The notes under the pieces were generated by a model. The model ran no database searches. It was not told the DNA's origin and worked only from the letters and a program-made list of their open reading frames with translations. From an uncultured Bacilli bacterium (lineage in GTDB: Bacteria > Bacillota_I > Bacilli_A > RF39 > UBA660): a stretch of DNA of 64,000 nt. Both the position numbers and the translations under genes were made by a program. Shown in pieces: positions 31,088-40,878 of the stretch. Where the stretch lies: contig CANQID010000001.1 in NCBI GenBank assembly GCA_947623925.1, forward strand, positions 4,047 through 68,046. The letters are read 5' to 3'. Within the stretch, counting starts at the first letter, position 1, and the number at the start of each line of letters is the position of its first letter.

Positions 31088-32569
31088 ATGAAAAAGAGTA
31101 AATTTACATTATTTATGGTTATTGCTTTTACTTCTTTATTGTTCAATGTTAAGGCATTGGCGGCAACAAGCATAGGTATAAGTGCATCATCTTCTGTAAC
31201 TGTAGGTAACACTGTAACTGCAACTGTTACAATTTCATCAAATTCGACATTGGGAACATGGGATTTTGTAATAGGATACGATACTTCGAAACTAACTCTT
31301 CTAGATGATGCAAATCAAAGAATAGCTGATTTTGGTGATGGAAAAATTAAAAGTAGGTCATATACATTTAGATTTATGACTAAAGCAACTGGAAGTGCTA
31401 AAATATATGTTGATAGTGCTTCATATTATAGTTATTGGGATGAAAAGTTAGAAAATGTTTCAAAAGGTTCAAAAACTATAACAATAAATCCTAAAAAAGT
31501 TAGTAACCCAACGACATATAGTTCAAATAATTATTTATCTAGTTTAGGTATTGATGGATATGAATTAACTCCTGCTTTTAATAAAAACACATTAGAATAT
31601 TCTGTTAAATTACCAAAAGAAACTTACAATATAAAATTGAATGGAAAAACAGAAGATAGTAAAGCAAAAATAGATGGAATTGGAGATATCACTCTTGTAG
31701 ACGGAGAAAATAAACTAGAAGTAAAAGTAACTGCTGAAAATGGTAATATTAGAACTTATGTAATTAAAGCTACAGTAGAAGAACCAAATCCAATAAAAGT
31801 AAATATTGATGAAAAAGAATATACTGTTGTAAGAAAAAAAGATGGATTAACTATTCCTTCTAATTATAAAGAAACAACTATTGATATACAAGGAGAATCA
31901 GTTTTAGCTTTTAATGGTGAAATAACTAAATATAATCTAGTAGCGTTAAAAGATAATGAAGGTAATATAGGATTATATATATATAATTCTACTAATGAAA
32001 CATATGAGTTATATAAAGAATTAAAATTCAATTCAATAAATATTTATCCATATCTAATAAGTGATGACAAAATATTAGATGGATATAAAAAGGGTAAAAT
32101 GACCATAAATAATAATGAAGTAGAAGTATTACAAAATAAAAGTGGTTATCCTATAATTTATGGAATGAATTTATCAACTGGGGAAGTATCATATTATACT
32201 TATGATGCTAAAGATAACACTCTTCAAAGATATAATGAAGAGGAAGTATTAAAAAATAATAAAGAAAATAAAGATAAACTTTATATAATATATGGTTTAG
32301 CAGCATTTTCAATATTAGAATTATTTATAATAATTATAATACTTGCAGTAAAAAATAAAAAAACTAATAAAAAATTAGAAGAAACATTAGAAAAAACAAT
32401 GAAATTTGCTCCTATTGATGAAGACAATATAGAAGAAAAAAGCAAAAAGGAAATAAAAAAAGAAGAAAAACAAAAATTGAAAGAAGAAAAATTAAAGAAA
32501 AAAGAAGAAAAGAAAAAATTAAAAGAAAAAAATAAAGATGATGATTATGAAGATATGGATGAATTTTAA
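31088..32569 (+). CDS. membrane-anchored cohesin-domain protein with cadherin-like beta-sandwich domain and K/E-rich cytoplasmic tail
   Basis: Signal peptide. Cohesin-like N-domain (ATSIGISASSSVTVGNTVTATVTISSNSTLGTWDFVIGYDTSKLTL). CLBD (YLSSLGIDGYELTPAFNKNTLEYSVKLP). C-terminal TM helix (LYIIYGLAAFSILELFIIIIILAV) and a charged tail. It overlaps the end of the upstream dockerin gene. Confidence 0.65.
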   Translation: MKKSKFTLFMVIAFTSLLFNVKALAATSIGISASSSVTVGNTVTATVTISSNSTLGTWDFVIGYDTSKLTLLDDANQRIADFGDGKIKSRSYTFRFMTKATGSAKIYVDSASYYSYWDEKLENVSKGSKTITINPKKVSNPTTYSSNNYLSSLGIDGYELTPAFNKNTLEYSVKLPKETYNIKLNGKTEDSKAKIDGIGDITLVDGENKLEVKVTAENGNIRTYVIKATVEEPNPIKVNIDEKEYTVVRKKDGLTIPSNYKETTIDIQGESVLAFNGEITKYNLVALKDNEGNIGLYIYNSTNETYELYKELKFNSINIYPYLISDDKILDGYKKGKMTINNNEVEVLQNKSGYPIIYGMNLSTGEVSYYTYDAKDNTLQRYNEEEVLKNNKENKDKLYIIYGLAAFSILELFIIIIILAVKNKKTNKKLEETLEKTMKFAPIDEDNIEEKSKKEIKKEEKQKLKEEKLKKKEEKKKLKEKNKDDDYEDMDEF

Positions 32570-32583
32570 TCCATATCTTTTTG
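32552..32583 (+). terminator. rho-independent terminator overlapping the stop codon of the cohesin gene
   Basis: GATATGGAT gaattttaa TCCATATC followed by TTTTT. Confidence 0.6.
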
Positions 32584-32665
32584 TAAAAAAGTGTATATAT
32601 TTAAATAAATATAAATTTTTATTAAAAAAAATGTTATACTAATTATATATGATAGAGGTGAATAT

Positions 32666-33796
32666 ATGGGTATTTTTGATATGTTTGTTAATGATAAAAA
32701 GAAAACTGAAGAGATTGTATCAGAGGAAGTTCAAAAATATGTAACTGCTTCTGTTAGAAATATAGATTCAGAATTGATTCCAATTAAAAATAAATTAAAT
32801 ACATATAGAGGTATAATTGTATTTCCTGAAGCATTATCTTATTATCCTATAGATAGACCACAAAATATATTAAGAACATTTGCTAAAAAAGGATTTTTGT
32901 GTTTCTTTTGTACCGATGACGAAAAAGTAGGACTAAAAGAAGTTGAACCAAATTTATTCGTAATTAGTAGGCAAGAAAGGCTACTTCCTTTATTAAAAGG
33001 TCAAAAAGTTTTATTTTTAATAACTTATTTTTTACAATATATATTTGCTAAAATGGTTGAAAATAGAGTTATTTGGATAGATATAATGGGTAATATAGAA
33101 AAATATAAACATTACAATAATTATTCAATAGGAATATATAAAGAAATAATGAATGAAGCTTTAATTGCTACATATAGTAAAGAACAGTATAAAAAATATT
33201 ATGATGGTGTAAGAGAAAATGTAATGTTATTAAAAGATGGAATAATGGTAGAAGATTTTATAAATAGCAAAAATATAATAGGTGAAGATATTAGAAAGTA
33301 CCTATTTATGAATAAAAAAGTAATTGGATATTATGGTGATATAGATAATAATATTGACTTTGATTTGATAAAAAAAATAGATTCATTAAATTCATATGTA
33401 ATAGTATTAATAGGTAAATTAGATGATACAATTTCACTTAAAGATTATTCTCTTCATAACACATATGTAATACCAAGTAAAAATTATTCTGAACTTAAAA
33501 ATTATGTAACACATTTTGATGTAGTTTTTTTCCCACTAAAATCTGATATTATGAATGATTTATATACTAAAACACTACAGTGTAGTGCAATGAATAAAAA
33601 AATAATAACATATCCATATGCTGAATTATCACAACTTATGTTACCAAATATAATGTTTGTTAAAAATGCAGATGATTTTATAAAAAATTTAGATTTGTTT
33701 ACTGAAACGAATGATTATGAATTGTCTAAAAAAATATCTGAAGTGTTAATTAAATACAGTTGGGAAAATGTAATAAATAAAGTGTTGGTATTATAA
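32666..33796 (+). CDS. hypothetical protein (possible degenerate GT-B/Rossmann-like glycan-associated protein)
   Basis: 376-aa product with no clear motif. Alternating beta-alpha character in the C-terminal half. Sits directly upstream of tagO/wecA. Confidence 0.4.
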   Translation: MGIFDMFVNDKKKTEEIVSEEVQKYVTASVRNIDSELIPIKNKLNTYRGIIVFPEALSYYPIDRPQNILRTFAKKGFLCFFCTDDEKVGLKEVEPNLFVISRQERLLPLLKGQKVLFLITYFLQYIFAKMVENRVIWIDIMGNIEKYKHYNNYSIGIYKEIMNEALIATYSKEQYKKYYDGVRENVMLLKDGIMVEDFINSKNIIGEDIRKYLFMNKKVIGYYGDIDNNIDFDLIKKIDSLNSYVIVLIGKLDDTISLKDYSLHNTYVIPSKNYSELKNYVTHFDVVFFPLKSDIMNDLYTKTLQCSAMNKKIITYPYAELSQLMLPNIMFVKNADDFIKNLDLFTETNDYELSKKISEVLIKYSWENVINKVLVL

Positions 33797-33830
33797 TTCG
33801 TTTTGTGTTAAAATATACATGGTGGTATTA

Positions 33831-34889
33831 ATGGAATTAAATATTATGTTAAAAATAATTTTAATGGTTTGTTGTACATTTTTCTTTGTTGCTTTATTTA
33901 TTCCTGTTGTAAAAAAAATAGCAAATCATGTTGGAGCACTTGATATTCCAAATGAAAGAAAAGTTCATAAAAAACCTATGCCTAGATTAGGTGGGATAGG
34001 AATATATGCAGGATTTTTGTTTGGGTATATGATTTTTTGTGAGCCTACACCCCTTATGAATTCTGTTTTAATAGGAAGTTTTATAATAGTATTTACAGGT
34101 ATAGTTGATGATATTAAACCGATAAAAGCTAAATATAAGTTAATAGGTCAATTTTTAGCTGCATTAATTGTTGTATGTTATGGTGGTTTATTAATTAAAG
34201 ATTTAAGTGCATTTGGTTTTTATATAAATTTTGGATATTTTTCTTATCCTATAACTATATTATTTATATTAGGTTGTATAAATTGTATGAATTTAATTGA
34301 TGGACTAGATGGATTAGCTGGTGGTATAAGTTCTATATTCTTTTTAACAATTGGAATAATTGCTACTATGAAGGGAAGTTTTAATACAAGTTTTTTACTA
34401 ACTTTTATAATGCTTGGATCAACACTTGGATTTCTAGTTTACAATTTTAATCCTGCTAGTATATTTATGGGTGATTCTGGAAGTATGTTTTTAGGATTTA
34501 TTATATCTGTTATAACTTTAATGGGGTATAAAAATGTTATGATGTCTTCACTTATAATTCCATTATTAATACTTGCTATTCCAATATTAGATACTTTGTT
34601 TGCTATTATTAGAAGAAGTTTAAAAGGTGAAAAAGTGTCAGAACCTGATAAATATCATATACATCATCAATTATTAAATAGAAATTTAAGTCAAAGAGCA
34701 ACTGTTGTATGTATATATATAATAAATTTACTTTTTGCTTTTGCTTCTATTGTTTATGTATTAAAAGATCAAATACTTGGATATTTTATATATGGGGTTT
34801 TATTGTTAATTGTTGTATTTTTTGTAGCAAAAACAAATGTTGTTTTTGAACATAAAAATAAAAATGATTCTAAAAGTTCTAAAAAATAG
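33831..34889 (+). CDS. tagO: undecaprenyl-phosphate N-acetylhexosamine-1-phosphate transferase (MraY/WecA/TagO family, GT4 polyprenyl-P sugar-1-P transferase)
   Basis: PNERKVHKKPMPRLGGIGIY, IVDDIKPIKAKYKLIGQ, and 10-11 TM helices. Confidence 0.85.
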   Translation: MELNIMLKIILMVCCTFFFVALFIPVVKKIANHVGALDIPNERKVHKKPMPRLGGIGIYAGFLFGYMIFCEPTPLMNSVLIGSFIIVFTGIVDDIKPIKAKYKLIGQFLAALIVVCYGGLLIKDLSAFGFYINFGYFSYPITILFILGCINCMNLIDGLDGLAGGISSIFFLTIGIIATMKGSFNTSFLLTFIMLGSTLGFLVYNFNPASIFMGDSGSMFLGFIISVITLMGYKNVMMSSLIIPLLILAIPILDTLFAIIRRSLKGEKVSEPDKYHIHHQLLNRNLSQRATVVCIYIINLLFAFASIVYVLKDQILGYFIYGVLLLIVVFFVAKTNVVFEHKNKNDSKSSKK

Positions 34890-34958
34890 AACTTTTTTTG
34901 TAAATAATAGCAAAAATGACAATAAATCTTAAAAAAAATGTATAAATATGGTATAATC
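34890..34958 (+). promoter_or_regulatory. promoter module copy 1 with extended -10 (TGgTATAAT at 34949-34957)
   Basis: ~70 nt near-identical to 43762-43830 (AACTTTTTTTGTAAATAATAG[C/T]AAAAATG[A/G]CAATAAATCTTAAAAAAAATGTATAAATATGGTATAAT). It starts right after the tagO stop codon. Confidence 0.55.
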
Positions 34959-34988
34959 AATATATGTAGTTTTACTTTTTTGAGGTGT

Positions 34989-36707
34989 AATATGAAAACA
35001 TTTTTAGTAGGGTATACAGGTTTTGTAGGATCAAATTTAAATAATGAATACAAATTTGATAAAGTATTTAATTCTAAAAATATAGAAGATGCATTTAACG
35101 AAAATCCTGATCTTCTAGTTTATAGTGGAGTTCCTGCACAAAAATTTATTGCTAATCAAAATCCTGATGAGGATTTCAATGTAATAAAAAATGCAATTGA
35201 GAATATTGAAAAAATTAATCCTAAGAAGATTGTATTAATATCAACAATTGATGTTTATGAAGCACCAGTTAATGTTGATGAAGATGATATTCCAGAAAAT
35301 AACCCAGAAGCATATGGTAAGAATAGAAGATATTTGGAAAAATGGATCGAAGGAAATTTTAAAGATTATTTAATAGTAAGGCTTCCTGGATTATATGGTG
35401 AAAATATTAAAAAAAATTTTATTTATGATTTAATAAATTATATACCAACTATGTTAAAAGACACTAAGTATAATGAATTAATAAATATTTGCCCTGAAAT
35501 ATCTAATTATTACACATTAGGTAAAAATAATTTTTATGAATGTAAAAAATTAGATAATAATGAAAAAACTAAATTAAAAAAGCTTTTAAAAGAAGTTAAT
35601 TTTTCGGCTCTAAATTTTACAGATAGCCGTGGGTCATTTCAATTTTACAATTTAGAATATTTATGGAAACATATAGAAATAGCTTTAAAAAACAATATAA
35701 AAATACTTAATATTGCAACAGAACCAATCACAATAAGTGAACTATATCAATATATCTATAATGAAAAATTTAATAATGAATTATCAGTTAAAATACCAAG
35801 TTATAATTTTAAAACTAAATATGCTGAAATATTTAATGGTAAAGATGGTTATATATTGAATAAAGAGTATATTTTAGAGGATATTAAAAATTTTGTTAAT
35901 AGAAAAGTTCAAACTTTACAAATGTGTATATCAAATATTGCTTGGAACAATGTAGATGATGCGGAAATATATGATTATTTAAAATTAAGAGGAATCAATC
36001 ATATTGAAATAGCGCCAACTAAATTAGTTGGTGAAGATCCTTATAATAATTTAGAAAAGGCTGAATTAAAAGCTAGAGAATTAAAGGAAAAATATGCTAT
36101 TAACATATCCTCAATTCAATCTGTTTGGTATGGCAAAACTGAAAATATTTTTAAAGATGAAGATGATTATAATAATTTGTTAGATTATACAAAAAAGGCT
36201 ATAGAATTTGCTCATGTAGTAAATTGTTCCAATATTGTATTTGGCTGTCCTAAAAATAGAAATATAACAAATTATAATGAAGATTATCCAAAAGCCATTA
36301 AATTTTTTCAAGAAGTAGGGCAATACGCTAAAGATAAAAATGTTGTTATTGCTATTGAACCAAATCCAACGATATATAACACTAATTTTTTAAATACTAC
36401 AGAAGAAGCATTGAAATTTGTAAAAGATGTTAATAACTCAAATATTAAAATAAATTATGATTTAGGAACTGTAATAGCAAATAATGAAAGTTTAAGCGTA
36501 TTAGAAGAAAATATTGATTATATTAATCATGTTCATATCAGTGAACCTAATTTAGCTTTAATTGAAAAAAGAAAACTTCATAAAGAGTTAATAGAAATTT
36601 TGAAGAAGAAAAATTATGATAAATTAATTTCTATTGAAATGAAAGAAAATTCTGTTACTGATGTAAAAAAAATTATTGATTATGTTAATAACTTAATAAG
36701 AGGATGA
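34989..36707 (+). CDS. two-domain protein: N-terminal NAD(P)-binding RmlD/epimerase-like domain fused to C-terminal xylose-isomerase-like TIM-barrel (sugar-phosphate isomerase/epimerase) domain
   Basis: GYTGFVGSNL (GxxGxxG) and RLPGLYGEN (RmlD-like). C-terminal half has AP-endonuclease-2/xylose-isomerase-like TIM motifs (IEIAP..., VIAIEPNP..., NYDLGT, HVHISE). RBS GAGGTG precedes ATG 34989. Confidence 0.6.
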   Translation, partial: NMKTFLVGYTGFVGSNLNNEYKFDKVFNSKNIEDAFNENPDLLVYSGVPAQKFIANQNPDEDFNVIKNAIENIEKINPKKIVLISTIDVYEAPVNVDEDDIPENNPEAYGKNRRYLEKWIEGNFKDYLIVRLPGLYGENIKKNFIYDLINYIPTMLKDTKYNELINICPEISNYYTLGKNNFYECKKLDNNEKTKLKKLLKEVNFSALNFTDSRGSFQFYNLEYLWKHIEIALKNNIKILNIATEPITISELYQYIYNEKFNNELSVKIPSYNFKTKYAEIFNGKDGYILNKEYILEDIKNFVNRKVQTLQMCISNIAWNNVDDAEIYDYLKLRGINHIEIAPTKLVGEDPYNNLEKAELKARELKEKYAINISSIQSVWYGKTENIFKDEDDYNNLLDYTKKAIEFAHVVNCSNIVFGCPKNRNITNYNEDYPKAIKFFQEVGQYAKDKNVVIAIEPNPTIYNTNFLNTTEEALKFVKDVNNSNIKINYDLGTVIANNESLSVLEENIDYINHVHISEPNLALIEKRKLHKELIEILKKKNYDKLISIEMKENSVTDVKKIIDYVNNLIRG

Positions 36708-36711
36708 TAGA

Positions 36712-37515
36712 ATGAAACAAAAAATTAAGGGAGTACCAAATTTTATGGCTAAAGAATTTGATGAAAAAAAACATAAGTATTGTTTATGTATTCCAATAAT
36801 AAATGAAGGGGAAAGAATAAAAAAAGAGTTAGAAAGAGCTAAAAATCATAATATATCTTCACTAGTAGATATAATAATTTGTGATGGCGATTCAACTGAT
36901 GGTTGTACTGATGAAAAATCTTTAAAAGAATTAAAAGTAAATACATTACTTATTAAAAAGGATAATGGTAAACAAGGAGCTCAATTGAGAATGGGAATAT
37001 ATTGGGCTTTAAAAAGAGGCTATGAAGGAATAATAACAATTGATGGTAATAACAAGGATAGTATTGAAGATGTTCCAAAGTTTATTCAAAAATTAGAAGA
37101 AGGCTATGACTTTGTTCAAGGATCAAGATTTATTAAAGGTGGTAAAGCTATAAATACTCCACTAATTAGATATTTATCAGTACGATTAATACATGCCCCA
37201 ATAATATCATTAACAGCAAGAAAATGGTATACTGATACTACAAATGCTTATAGAGCTTACTCTAAAAAATATTTAACTAATAATGAAGTTCAACCTTTAA
37301 GAGATATTTTTATGAATTATGAATTATTGGCGTATTTATCAGTTAAGGCTGACCAGTTAAAAATGAAAACATGTGAAATTCCAGTTACAAGAGAATATCC
37401 TAAAAAAGGAAAAACTCCAACTAAAATAAGTAAATTTAAAGGAAACTTTGAATTGTTTAAAGTATTGTTTAAAAATTTATTCCATAAGTATGATGTAAAG
37501 TGTGAAAAAAAATAA
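36712..37515 (+). CDS. glycosyltransferase family 2 protein (DPM1-like, soluble)
   Basis: CIPIINEGERI, IICDGDSTDG and TIDGNNKD (DxD) motifs. Confidence 0.7.
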   Translation: MKQKIKGVPNFMAKEFDEKKHKYCLCIPIINEGERIKKELERAKNHNISSLVDIIICDGDSTDGCTDEKSLKELKVNTLLIKKDNGKQGAQLRMGIYWALKRGYEGIITIDGNNKDSIEDVPKFIQKLEEGYDFVQGSRFIKGGKAINTPLIRYLSVRLIHAPIISLTARKWYTDTTNAYRAYSKKYLTNNEVQPLRDIFMNYELLAYLSVKADQLKMKTCEIPVTREYPKKGKTPTKISKFKGNFELFKVLFKNLFHKYDVKCEKK

Positions 37516-37609
37516 ATATTTTTTGAATCAAACAGTAAAATTAATAAATATTGTATTTATGTTTTATATATAATACAATTACAAAATAAAAATTACGGAG
37601 GTGTTACAT

Positions 37610-38731
37610 ATGAATAATTCTACAAAACAAACAGCAGAAGAAAAAAATCGTGATGTTACTTATGACTGGCTTAGATTAATTGCTACTATATTTGTTATAA
37701 TAGGACATAGTGCATATTTAAGTATTCATACAACTATGGGGGGGGTGAGTTATTCATTACCTGAATATACAAATTCATTTTATTATAACTCACATGTTTT
37801 AAGTTTTTTAAGATATCTATCATCTTGGGTTTATACATTTCATATGCCATTATTTTTTATTTTATCTGGATGTGTATTAGGACTTAAACCAATTGGAACA
37901 TTTGAAAAAGTTACAAAATCAAAAATTAAAAGATTATTAGTTCCATATTTTGTTTGTGGATGGTTGTTTATGTTACCTGTAAAATTACTAGGTGGTTTTT
38001 ACAATAAGGAAACTTTTTTGTTAGCTATGAATGGATTTTTATCAGGAACTGATAGTGGTCATTTGTGGTTTTTACCGGCCCTTTTTTGGACTTTCATAGT
38101 GTTTATTATATTAGAAAAGATTTGTAAAAGGTTCAAAATTAACAATCCATATGTTTTATTAATGCTTGCTGGTGTAATACAACTGCTGTATAATAGAATA
38201 CCATTTGATGTTTTAGGTTTTAAAATAGGAATGTCTTATATTTTTTGGTTTGCTTTGGGATTTTGTTTTGAACATGAGAAACAGAAAAATATTAAATGGA
38301 ATTTAAAAAAGACAACAATAGCTTTTCTTATATTATTAGTTATTGAATATTTAAATAAAAGATATAGTTTATTAAATTCATTTTTCTTAATTTTATGTGG
38401 TTCATTTATGACATATTTATTTGCTGATATATGTAGTAGATTATTTAAAAATGTTGCTAAAACAAAAATTTGGCAAATAATAGTTAGAAATTTATTTAGT
38501 ATATATTTATTTCATGACCCATTAGAATATATAGTTTTGCGAGTATTTATGACAAGCAATTATATGAGTAGTGTCTTTGGTTGTATATCATATACACTTT
38601 TGAGGACATTAGGTGTATTTATAGTTAGTATTATTTTAGGAGAATTAGTAAGAATTATGAAAAGATTGATTATGTCAATTATCGAAAATAATAATTTCAC
38701 ATTTAGTAAAGCTTATAAAAATAAAGCTTAA
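37610..38731 (+). CDS. acyltransferase family 3 membrane protein (putative O-acetyltransferase)
   Basis: YDWLRLIATIFVIIGHS signature and ~10 TM helices. ATG 37610 follows RBS GGAGGTG. Confidence 0.75.
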   Translation: MNNSTKQTAEEKNRDVTYDWLRLIATIFVIIGHSAYLSIHTTMGGVSYSLPEYTNSFYYNSHVLSFLRYLSSWVYTFHMPLFFILSGCVLGLKPIGTFEKVTKSKIKRLLVPYFVCGWLFMLPVKLLGGFYNKETFLLAMNGFLSGTDSGHLWFLPALFWTFIVFIILEKICKRFKINNPYVLLMLAGVIQLLYNRIPFDVLGFKIGMSYIFWFALGFCFEHEKQKNIKWNLKKTTIAFLILLVIEYLNKRYSLLNSFFLILCGSFMTYLFADICSRLFKNVAKTKIWQIIVRNLFSIYLFHDPLEYIVLRVFMTSNYMSSVFGCISYTLLRTLGVFIVSIILGELVRIMKRLIMSIIENNNFTFSKAYKNKA

Positions 38732-38808
38732 TATGAAGTTTTAAATCAAAAATATAGTTTATTTTAATTTTACTAAATTATATAATAAAAAAGTAAGTAG
38801 GTGTAATA

Positions 38809-39942
38809 ATGAAATATGATAAAATAATTATAGGTGCTGGTTTATATGGTTTATATTCAGCATTGTATTGTGGCAAAAAGGGTGAGAAAGTAATAGTGCT
38901 AGAAAAAGATAATGAAGCGTTTAAAAGAGCTACCTATATAAATCAAGCTAGAGTTCATATGGGTTATCATTATCCAAGATCATTTTCTACGGCTATTAAA
39001 TCAGCAAATTATTTTGAAAGATTTAATAAAGATTATGGATTTTCAATTTTAAGAGATTTTGATCAAATATATGCAACTAGTTCTAAATTTTCTTGGACAA
39101 ATGCGGAACAATTTAAAAAATTTTGCAAAAATGCTAATATTTTATGTGATGAGGTACCAACAACTAAGTATTTTAAAGAAGGAATGTGCGATGGATGTTT
39201 TTTAACTAAAGAATATACATATGATGCACAAATATTAAAAGATTATTTTTTAAAGGAAATATCTAAATACAAAAATATAACTTTAGAATTTAATGTTGAT
39301 ATAAAAAAGATAGAGAAAAAAGATAAAGTTTATGAGATAATAACTGAAGATAAAAAGTATACTAGTGGTTTTGTTTTAAATTCTACTTATGCCAGTATAA
39401 ATCAAATATTAAAGCTTTTAGATAACAATGCAGAACCATTTAAAATTAAATATGAATTATGTGAAATAATATTATGCACAGTTTCAGAAAAATTTAAAAA
39501 TGTTGGAATAACTGTTATGGATGGTCCATTTTTCTCAATTATGCCATTTGGTAAAACAGGTTATCACTCATTAACATCAGTAACATTTACTCCTCATATT
39601 ACTTCATATGATAGTTTGCCTACTTTTCCATGTCAAAAGAATGCTGAAAAATTAATACCAGGGTATTGTAATCCTGATAAGTTAGGTAATTGTAATGATT
39701 GCCCAGCAAAACCAAAAAGTGCATGGCCTTATATGTCAAACTTGGCTAGAAAATATTTAAAAGAAGAATTTGGATTTGAATATGTAGGATCATTGTTTTC
39801 AATGAAACCAATTTTACTAGCTTCAGAAATAGATGATTCAAGACCAACAGTAATTAAAACATTTTCTACAAATCCAACATTTGTAAGTGTTTTATCTGGA
39901 AAAATAAATACCGTATATGATTTAGAGGAGGTTTTAAAATGA
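38809..39942 (+). CDS. FAD-dependent oxidoreductase (Rossmann GxGxxG, DAO/GR2-like)
   Basis: KIIIGAGLYGLYSALYCGKKGEKVIVLEKD dinucleotide-binding motif. 377 aa. Confidence 0.6.
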   Translation: MKYDKIIIGAGLYGLYSALYCGKKGEKVIVLEKDNEAFKRATYINQARVHMGYHYPRSFSTAIKSANYFERFNKDYGFSILRDFDQIYATSSKFSWTNAEQFKKFCKNANILCDEVPTTKYFKEGMCDGCFLTKEYTYDAQILKDYFLKEISKYKNITLEFNVDIKKIEKKDKVYEIITEDKKYTSGFVLNSTYASINQILKLLDNNAEPFKIKYELCEIILCTVSEKFKNVGITVMDGPFFSIMPFGKTGYHSLTSVTFTPHITSYDSLPTFPCQKNAEKLIPGYCNPDKLGNCNDCPAKPKSAWPYMSNLARKYLKEEFGFEYVGSLFSMKPILLASEIDDSRPTVIKTFSTNPTFVSVLSGKINTVYDLEEVLK

Positions 39943-40871
39943 ATAAAGAAAAAAATTTCGTTTCAGCTGTTGTATATGTAAGGAATAATGAAAATAATAT
40001 TGCTAAATTTATTAAGGAGTTAAATAAGGTATTAAAAACTAACTTTCTTAAATATGAAATTATTTTTGTGAATGATTATTCTACTGATAATACTGTTTAT
40101 GAAATTAAAAAGTTAGTTAAAACTTTGGATACTGCTAGTATAAGTATAATAAATATGAGTATGTATCAAGGAAAAGAAATCGCTATGAATGCTGGTGTTG
40201 ATTTATCAATTGGTGATTTTGTTTATCAATTTGATACAATTTTAATGGATTACGATCCTAATGTTATATTTGATATTTATAAAAAATCATTAGAAGAGTA
40301 TGATATCGTTAATGCTGTTCCAAATAAAAAAAGAAAAGTTTCTTCTAAACTATTTTATAAAATATTTAATAAACATGCTAATTTATCTTATAAATTAGAT
40401 ACTGAAACTTTTAAAATAATATCAAGAAGAGCAATAAATAGAATTTATGCAATAAACAAAACAGTGCCTTATAGAAAAGCAATCGAAGCTGGTAGTGGCT
40501 TAAGAATGGCGAATGTAGAATATGAAGTAGTTAATAATGTTGATTATAAATTAGATAAAACAATTCAAAAAGAAAGAAGAAAAACCGCTGTAAATTCTTT
40601 AATATTATTTACTGATGTAAGTTATAAAATAGCCTTAACTTTATCACTTATAATGATGCTTTTAGTTGTATTAACTGGATGTTATACAGTTGTTATATTT
40701 TTAAGAAATGAAGCTATTAAAGGTTGGACAACTACTATGTTATTTTTAGCTTTTGGATTCTTTGGTATATTTTTAATATTTACAATTATAATTAAGTATT
40801 TATCTATTATTTTAAACCTTGTTTTCAAAAAAACCGATTTCCTAATTGAGTCAGTTCAAAAAATAAAATAG
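39939..40871 (+). CDS. GtrB/CsbB/ArnC-like GT2 polyprenyl-phosphate glycosyltransferase with two C-terminal TM helices
   Basis: N-terminal GT2 fold (VSAVVYVRNNEN..., IIFVNDYSTDNT). Two C-terminal TM helices (IALTLSLIMMLLVVLTG..., TTMLFLAFGFFGIFLIF), the GtrB architecture. Confidence 0.75.
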   Translation: MNKEKNFVSAVVYVRNNENNIAKFIKELNKVLKTNFLKYEIIFVNDYSTDNTVYEIKKLVKTLDTASISIINMSMYQGKEIAMNAGVDLSIGDFVYQFDTILMDYDPNVIFDIYKKSLEEYDIVNAVPNKKRKVSSKLFYKIFNKHANLSYKLDTETFKIISRRAINRIYAINKTVPYRKAIEAGSGLRMANVEYEVVNNVDYKLDKTIQKERRKTAVNSLILFTDVSYKIALTLSLIMMLLVVLTGCYTVVIFLRNEAIKGWTTTMLFLAFGFFGIFLIFTIIIKYLSIILNLVFKKTDFLIESVQKIK

Positions 40872-40878
40872 GTGATTT

